Origin: Cercozoa sp. M6MM
Lineage: Eukaryota > Protista > Endomyxa: Ascetosporea
Reading direction: 5' to 3' (one strand)
DNA: 64,000 nucleotides
NCBI GenBank assembly: GCA_040357565.1
Contig: JBDODJ010000060.1
A program made the translations under genes and the position numbers. Below the pieces are notes generated by a model. It was given only the letters and a program-made list of their open reading frames with translations. It was not told the DNA's origin and made no database searches. Shown piece by piece: positions 55,978 to 64,000 of the stretch. How positions within the stretch are numbered: position 1 is the first letter of the stretch; each line of letters begins with the position of its first letter.

Positions 55978-57317
55978 CTGCGCATAGCATTGACCATCAA
56001 AGTCAATGCCAAAACTCTCACAAAGCTCTTCACGAAGCGCACAAGCACGTGCGGAGAAAGCTCCCAACAGATTTTTCTGCACTGCAAAAAACACGCACCT
56101 AAATCACCAAAACGTGTACTGTCAGAATTCCTAACGCTGTCGTGACACAGGAGAGGATCTAAGGACACGCAAGGTGGCCTTGAGGTGCAGCCTTAAAAGT
56201 AGCCTGTTTGGCTCTTTGGAAATTTAGAGAATTTATTTTTTCGGCTGCGTTGTGTTTGTAGAACCAGTTGCACCAACAAATGAGTACCAGGTGCACCAAC
56301 AAATTAATACTCTGACGTAAACCAGCAGCAAGTTCGATAACTAAGGCGAACGGCACACCCACTTTCGATTTGCAATAGCCAGCCGTCATGTCAGAGTTAG
56401 TTGTAGCCCAAGCTAACGGCTTATTGCATGCACGAAGAATGTTACAGCTATCTAGCTTAGTGACGCAGACCGGCCTTCATACATGAAAGAACTACGCGTA
56501 CAAGTGCAAAGGCACTCGGCAACCGCAGCAACTCGATATGCCACTCGAAAGCTCACATTACAGACACGGGCGGCGCAAGATGATCCTACTGCGCTTGGTC
56601 GACAGCGTCGCCAAAAACCTTGTACAACATTTCTGACTGTGTGTCAATGCTGTCGATTGTTTGCTAGTGGGTTGGTAAGTTTACGCCAAGCGAGGGAACT
56701 TCTGCAAGTGTCGGTCCTGCGGCGAATCTGCTCACATGATGGTAAACGAACTTCCTGTTGCCTATTGAAATCTATTTACGTTGCGTGCATTGATTGTGTG
56801 GTGTCGCAGACGCCAATCTCACGAAAAGTACGCTCGTCCGACGATGGTGTGTTTGTGTCCTGTTTTAATTAAGTAGTATTTATTCCTGTTTTTTTTCCGA
56901 CGAACGCTGGCTCCCTGCGGCAGGACGGTGCTCTGTGGCAGGAACTGGGACAGCGTGGTGAATAGTTAAGTGCTTTGGGATAAACAAATCCCCGAATAGT
57001 GCAGAGACTTCAGTTCAGCTTGACAGCTGTTTAGTAGCAACCGGTGGCTGCGATGTGGACTGTGCGAACAACATCAAATTAAAAGCAACCCAAGATATCA
57101 TCTTTGCCCATTTCATCTGATAATCTCATAGTCTCATTAGCAAAATTGGGTTATGCCATGGTTGCTAGCACGCTCGCGCGCATACTACTGTTTGAAAACC
57201 AAACATCAGTGAGGAGATATTGTAGCCACCTGTTTGACTGACTCGAGCTCGCTACAGTAGTCTACGCAACGCCTCAGTCACTCAGGCGGCCTCTCGTTTG
57301 TATTGGTTATAGTGAGG

Positions 57318-57660
57318 ATGTTGTCTACGACACCCGAGAGCGAACTCGATGCAAATTTCGCGTCTTTGTCTCCTCCGCCGGTAGGATACCCGCTGCGACC
57401 CGCTGGCCTTGACCAAAGAAATGACTTAATTGTCCCTGTTCAGGCGAAGCGACGAAAGTTACGCCGTGTCTCTGACGAAGTGGTGCAGTTGCTGCAACCG
57501 AAAGTGCAGCCCAAGGAGGTGCGTTGTCCCTATTTCGGTTGCTCTTTGGTCGCTCGACGTGATTTTCAATGCAGGAGAACCCTATCGCACGCGACGCTTT
57601 GCAGTTCTTGGCAGAAGGACGTACTTCCGCTCGCATTCTTTCGCAACAAAAACAGCGGTA

Positions 57661-57697
<37 letters not shown>

Positions 57698-59651
57698 CCT
57701 TGCGTTTTCTGCCTGTAAGAGCTTGGCTTGCTTGGCAGCACACGAAACTTGCAGCAGAAACTGTGCGCTTTCAAAACCAAAAGTGGTCTAAAAGACACGT
57801 TGCTTCACAGGTTGGCTTTTCGTGTCTATTTTTTGCATTTGCGTGACTGAGGAGTGTACTGTAGTGTGCGTTTGAATGACAACGATGTCGACATTGCGTT
57901 GTTGCATGCGAGAAACGCGTCCACCGGTGAGAGCGAGCGTCTTGTTGTGAAAGAAAACTACGATGTGGAAGAGCTGAAAGACGAAGTACTCGACGAAAGT
58001 CCGCTGTCTCTTCTGCCAGAAGAAGGATCTGAGCGTATCCACTTGATGGTGGAGCATGCCAAGAACCGAGCGATGCTGCAGCTGACTGCGTGGGTAGCTT
58101 TAACCCCGTTAGCCTGATTCACTCTGTGCACTTCCTTGTTCACAGGAAGCGGTGGTGCACGAGACAGTGCCATCACTGCAGCGTGTGCTTTTGGCCGCCA
58201 TGCGCGTCGATCGCATGCACTCGCAGCATGCCTTGAGTTCCACGATCGAAGAACAAGGTAGTTGTATTCCCGTGTATCTTGTATCGCTTTGCTTCGAACT
58301 AGCCTGCTTAGAGAACTTTTTGGAGGCCGCGCTGCTGTCGTTGACGCAATCTCAGTTAAGACAATTGCTGCAACGACTGAAAGCTGGTTTGTTTTCGCTT
58401 TTGTATTTGTTCTACTGTACTGATTAGCTTTTCTTTCACAGGCACACCGCGACGGCCAAATTCACTTGGCTACCTTCGTCTACATGGTACTCTTGTCCCT
58501 TTACTAACTTCGGAGACTGTTTACGTGTACACAAACAGTGCGACTGGCGCTGCGTCGACCGCACGGCATCGTAACACCGTCGCAGCTGTGCAATATGCGC
58601 GAGTCACACGTGCGCTCCACTTTGTCTCTGTTCACCCTGTTCCATGAGAATCACGGTGGCTTTGTGGCAGGTGCGACGCATGCTGCTGCAGCGCAGTGTC
58701 CACGTATCGCGCCGACGCGAGCTGCATCAGTACGCCGCCATGCAGTTGCAGCTTGAGGTAGACACAGCACCTTGTGCGTTTGTGAGCCATTTGTGTACAC
58801 GTCGATTTGTCACACAGGGACGACTGTGTCCACGCACCCTACTGTCCGACGCACAACACGGCGAGTTCCGCGGACCGCCGCCATCTGATCTGTACGACGT
58901 GCCGGCTCTGGCGATCGTGCTGAACTCGACCACCGGGCGCGTGGCGGCTGCTGTTCAGGTGCGTTTGTGTCCGTGCGATGGAAAGAAGAGTTACTCGTTG
59001 TCGACGCAGAGGTGCGCTGAGGCCGATCGCGACGTGCCGCCGAGTGTCGACACTTTCGAAAGCGACGATCCACTCGAAGCGCTCTTCCTCGACGAGTTGC
59101 GACGGTACTTTTGCTGTTGACGGTATCAGGATGGTCAGGCTGGATGGAATCGTGTGCATGCAGCGCGATCTGTCTACTGCTGCATGCGACTCCGGAAGGC
59201 TTGTCGCTGTACGAAATATTCGAATGCTTGCGACATACCAAGCGCCTCACTCGCCGCGTATCTTCCGCTTTGTCTGTATCGATATGCCGATACGTGTACT
59301 GTCACATAGGTCCTGCTGGAAGACGTGCGTGCCGTCGCCACCACGCTCGTGCAAGACAATGAACTCAGGCAGCACACCAATGTATTTGTCCTGGGCTATT
59401 TTCTAACTCACTGTATATACCTCCTGCTTCCTGCGAGTACACAGGAGGACCTCGACATGGACATCTTCACTCTGGCCAACCACGAGCACGCGCGGCGCGA
59501 ACGCCACGAAAACCTCCGTGCCGTCTCCGAGGCTGTCTCGGAACTCCGCGGGCAACCCGTGCCTCCGCGCGAGCGGCGAGTGCGTCCGCGCCATTTGCAC
59601 CCGATGCACCACGGCGTCGCTGCTGGCCCGAGCTCGCTTCGCCTACAGTAG
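57318..59651 (+). CDS. Hypothetical protein with NLS-like KRRKLRR and possible C-terminal winged helix
   Basis: Many GT-AG exons chain in frame; LLLHATPEGLSLYEIFECL...VRAVATTLVQDNEL is wHTH-like. Confidence 0.55.
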
Positions 59652-59920
59652 CTTAGATCAGTGGTCATTAAATATGCCACTGATTTGAATCAGTAGCTCG
59701 CAGACTAATACCACAGTATTGCGTTGTGTTGCCGCGTTGCGTCTGCATCAGACGAAACCACCTTGTTGCAGACTTTACTCGAGTCCCAAGGAAGAAGCTG
59801 TAGGAGTTCAGAACTCGTAAGGAAATTAACTTGAAAACTGACAGCAATGAACTTGCGTTGGTCGCGTTGAAGAAGTTCTGGCTCGCAACGAGCGAAACGA
59901 AAGCCCTCTCGTCGCTGGGT

Positions 59921-60737
59921 TTACGTCCACTTGTTCTGCGAGCGCTTGCCGGGTCGCTGCTGCTCGTGCGCCTTGGGCCGGTGCTTGCGCATCTTCTTCC
60001 ACGAGTACATCGAAGGCCGCGAGTGCAGCGAGATGTTGTGCACCTACATAGCGATAAACACATCAGCTCAGTTCAACGAAAGACAGGGGATTGTGCAGGC
60101 AGGCATACCTTCTCGAGTCGCTCCTCCTGCGCTTCCTTGCTCTGCCGCAGCTGGCGAACGAACTGGTCGTGACACTCGTTCATCGAGGCCTCTGTTGGTA
60201 GACAAGATAGTGTTTTTAAAAATACACCCACAAGACTGAGCATCCAAAGGCACCGATATCACGGCAGCGCGCGAGCTTCATATCATTCATCTGCAGGCAG
60301 TCCATGTACTGCGTCACCAGGTGCGTGCAGTTCGTTTGCTGTGACACACACACTCAAAGATCAGTCCCACAAGAGATACAGACAAATACAAAAAAGTAAA
60401 ACTGTGTTTGTACCGACGTCTTCAGCATCGCCTTCGCCTTGGCGTGCGAGAAGCGGTTCACCTGCGGCAGAATACGATGTCGAACCTGCACGTGGCCCAG
60501 CAGCTCGCGCAACTGCTGCTGCTCAAACTCGTGCAGCTGCAACAACACAAAACAAACGACTTGAACCAATCACCAGAATAATATGCCAAAAACACAGCGA
60601 TAGCTTAAAGGCAGCGTGGGCTGCGAGAACACATTGTAACTTACATCGCCAATGCGACCACGGGAAGCGAACAGCGACTCCTTGGCGAAGATGGTGGCGC
60701 GCTCAAACGCCTTCGCGTTCGGCTTACTACGCGACAT
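59921..60737 (-). CDS. Twin-CX9C (CHCH) mitochondrial protein, mS37/CHCHD1/Mrp10-like
   Basis: Spliced C-THLVTQYMD-C...C-RDIEASMNE-C, with a basic N-terminal region containing VRHRILPQVNR. Confidence 0.7.
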
Positions 60738-60954
60738 AGCAGCGTCGGTTGATCGACTCTACGATGCCGCACACAGATCTGCCAGCTTGGCGTCTAAGCC
60801 GTTCTCAACACTACGGCTCTTTTCGTACACGGGGACAGTACTATTTGTACTGTGCAGCTGGCAGTACAAAACAGTACAACATCATTTCAAACGAGCCGAT
60901 ACTTTTTTTCTGTGTTGTGCAGCGTGTACGGTGCTGTAAACATAGAACAGTTCA

Positions 60955-61666
60955 ATGTTGAGCCGCGTTAACAGAGTCTTCAGCCGCCGTGTGCGCGCAT
61001 TCGCCATCGTGCCGATCGAAACACCCGAGGCAACAACAACCATCAAGATTCTTTGATGTTGTGACGTTTTTATATTTTTTTGTCGGTGTTTTTAATTTTT
61101 ATGCTATGCGGTGTTGTGCAGGCGCTTCAGGAGCAACTTTCGCAGCAGGACAAGGTATACCGGTCGTATGGACACAAACAGTCGCCCTCATCCTTTCAAT
61201 TATGCAGGTAGTCGTGATCGACTGGTTCGCCGACTGGTGCGGTCCTTGCCAGGTATATTCCTCGGCGCAAAAATGCGTTGATGTGGTGTGCATGCTGACC
61301 GCTGAGTGTCCAGATGATGCGTCCGTTCTACGAGCAACTAAGCGAGAAGCACAACGACGCTGTCTTCCTTGCCGTGGATGCCGACAAGATGCAGGTTCCT
61401 TTCGGCTCAATAATGATCAGGCTAAAAAGTTCAAATTCTCATGTATCGTTCGTGGTTGTGTGCCGTCTCTAGGGTGTCGCCCAGCAACTTGGCGTCACTG
61501 CTTTGCCGGTACAGAGAAGTCAAAACCTGCTGAAACTGACATAGACAATGTTCACTGTGCTCAGACCTTCCACGTCGTTAAGAACAACGAGATGCTGTCC
61601 AAGGTTGAAGGCGCCAACGAGAGCGGTCTCTCCAACGCCGTAGAGGAGGCTCTTAAGGCCGAGTAG
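60955..61666 (+). CDS. Thioredoxin, probably mitochondrial
   Basis: MLSRVNRVFSRRVRAF presequence, VVIDWFADWCGPC, FLAVDAD, GVTALPTF and VEGAN. Confidence 0.93.
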
Positions 61667-62035
61667 ATCAATCTAACGTCATTTCTCTCAACCAAGCGCA
61701 AGTTCAGTTGGTCAAAATCGAATTAACATCCGCGCGGACACACGTTTCTGTGCTAGAAACTTCAGGAAACGGGGGAACCCACCCCTTTCGGGCGGCCCAA
61801 TTTTTGAGCCAGGAGGAAATGATCACAGCTTGGGCCCCAAAGTACCTTGATTAAACCGCTAAACGTGTTCAGTAGTGTGTGACACTAGTCTAGGTGTTAT
61901 TGTAGTCAATGAAGCTAGTATTTGTTCGGACTTGAGTTTATATTTGTTTTTCCCGCCCGAGGCACCCACGTGTCTAGATTTCTGGATGTGTTGTTGTTGT
62001 ATTTTGATTAAATAATGTTCTTTTTGAACGTAAAA

Positions 62036-62485
62036 CTATTGGTGTTGTTGCCCTTCTATTATAGCGTCAATTTGTGCATCGGCAAGTCGGTTAAATGCCT
62101 GCTCGGAAGCTCGCCGACGAGGTCGCTGCTGGTCGGCATTGAATCTGTCATGTACTTGAAGAATGGCGACCTCCTCCAGGTATGGATCCTGCTGCATGAA
62201 GCGTCTCAGTCGACGCCGTCTGCGTGGGCGAGGATTCTGTGCACATGAGGGTGTCAATGGTTCTAGAAATGGCGTTTTATGTTGTTGTTCTGTGGGGAAA
62301 GAAGTACGTCATCACTGCGCTCGAGGGCGTCTTCTTCGTCTGCCAAAGCAAGCACCTGATCGACAAACTTCTGGTCCAGTGCATCCAGCTCTGTCACGAG
62401 AAGGCCGGCTTTCAAGTACGAGCTGCGCTGGAGTCGAATGCCCTGTACAGAGAACTCAAATGTCGTGCTGGTGGTGGTGGTGGTG

Positions 62486-62521
<36 letters not shown>

Positions 62522-63000
62522 GTGTGTTTGTATCTATGTACCTGAGTGAAGAGGCAAAACAAGGCACGTTCCCACACAAAGCGCTTGCGTTCTCGTTTTT
62601 GTTGAACCGTCTGACTGCGCGTGTCAAGGAATCGCGTCAAAAATGTGACGTCGTGGTCTTGCTCGCCAATTCGGAATCCAAGCGACGCATTGCGCATCCA
62701 CTGCGCAAAGTTGATGGTGAGAGCGATGCTGGTAGGGTCTGTGACGCCTTTCGTCAGCACCAGCTCACTCAACAAGCGGCGGACGTGACTGTGTCCGCCC
62801 TCGGTGCTGTTCGTGTTCACCTTTTTGGTATCGCCACAGGTCGAGGCTTTCACCCACTCGACACGATGGTTCACCGACTCAAGTACAGACGCAAGGTCCT
62901 CCGGCGTCACCATGTCGACTGCACTGCCCTTCATCTCGGCAATGATCTCACGCATTGCCTTCGGGTAGGCCTTCCACGAGTCGCTACAGATGTGTGTGTG

Positions 63001-63040
<40 letters not shown>

Positions 63041-64000
63041 GGTGTGTGTGGGTGTGTGTGTGTGGGTATGTGTGTGTCACTACGTATAAAAGTACGTTTG
63101 TGTTTGAAAAAGCGAGGAACCGGGCTTTATCAACACGTTTTTCTTGACGATAGGAAGAAATGTTGCTGCGTCTCGGCGCAGCGACACTTGGTACCGATAC
63201 TCAAGTACTCGTCGCGTCTCGGTGTTGTTGTCCTGCATAATCAACACTCACTTGTGTGTGACAGAGCGCAGTTAGTCTATAATACCTTTTCAAAGAAGCG
63301 AGCGGACAACGTCATCGAGAATACCCACACTCTGGTATCTCGCTGTGGCCGACAATGGGGGTTGCGAGACAGCTTGTTCTTGCCAAGACAGAACTGAACA
63401 ACCCAGGTACTTTGTTTCGAGCTTACACAATACCACGGATAAAATAACCTACCTCATCGATCTCGGTGACAAAGCCCAAAAAGTCATCAAACCCGAGCTC
63501 CTTGGCCTTCAACGTCCACAGTTTCTTGATTTCCTCCTCGTCGTCCGTGCCGCAGACACGCTCACCGAGCTTGTACCGGCTCTGGCGCAGTCTCTCACTG
63601 CCTGCGAGTGAGCAGAAAACACGACGTCGCAGTGACTGTGCCCACCGGTGCTCCTGATTCGCCGTGTCGGCCATGGACTTGATCGTTGCTCGCTTACATA
63701 GCAACTCGTGTATCGCCAACAACTGATTCTTCATCGAGCCGTTGCCGTGAGACAGCACGGTGTGAAAGCCGTCGTCATTGGTGGTCGAGAGTCGCACCGC
63801 CTCTTTCTTGCACTTGGGCGTGCGGTTGTTGTTGCCTGCCTTTTTTAGGCAACACCAGACCAGGACCTCCTCACCGTGGCGTTTGCGCACTGCCAGTTGG
63901 AGGCGTTGCTTGCAGTGTCGGCACTCTGGCACGTCATCTGCGGCAATGTTCTCCGTGACGAGCGACTGCATGCACATAGTATATTTTTCTTGTTTCTTGG
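62036..64000 (-). mobile_element. Merlin (IS1595/ISXO2-like) DDE transposase gene with introns; 5' end at or beyond the window edge
   Basis: Zn ribbon CRHC...WCC...C, EIDEFCLGKNK, VWVF, RRDAATFLPIV..V..PGS, YTDSWKAY and SVNH...VNTNSTEG..SHVRR. No TIR identified. Confidence 0.85.

Noticed and set aside
56170-57300. Possible small spliced gene with a Cys-rich peptide (CKCRSCGESAH)
   Set aside because: No consistent exon chain or recognisable domain could be assembled.
61826-61846. GGTACTTTGGGGCCC (reverse strand) as the Merlin TIR
   Set aside because: Wrong orientation to enclose the transposase; the only similar sequence (about 16084) lies in a helicase exon.

Overview
Gene-dense, intron-rich nuclear DNA from a unicellular eukaryote. 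It uses the standard code (TAA, TAG and TGA all serve as stops), has mostly 50-120 nt GT-AG introns and six N-gaps. The ORF track is fragmented by introns, so I rebuilt gene models by hand from splice sites and protein motifs; coordinates are start-to-stop spans including introns. About 24 genes are present. Recognisable ones: a CcP/APX-family haem protein with altered catalytic residues, V-ATPase subunit c, MRM1-type methyltransferase, SPCS1, a flavin monooxygenase, a degenerate UPF1/Sen1-type helicase, a TopBP1-like multi-BRCT protein, a Nup214/159-like nucleoporin, a bacterial-type sphingomyelinase C, ZNF598/Hel2, METTL5, a Wee1/Myt1 kinase, a CFAP74-like protein, a P4-ATPase, RAD23, a twin-CX9C protein and a mitochondrial-type thioredoxin. 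There are also several orphan genes, a His-rich/Gly-zipper/fascin/(QPM)n/DUF4476 mosaic protein, and an intact intron-containing Merlin (IS1595/ISXO2-like) transposase at the right edge. The most notable items are the pseudo-peroxidase, the mosaic protein, the spliced Merlin transposase, the pseudo-helicase and the intron landscape (GTAC donors, TTACCCC/poly-C introns, private minisatellites, one GC-AG intron). No homology searches were run; family calls rest on motif recognition.
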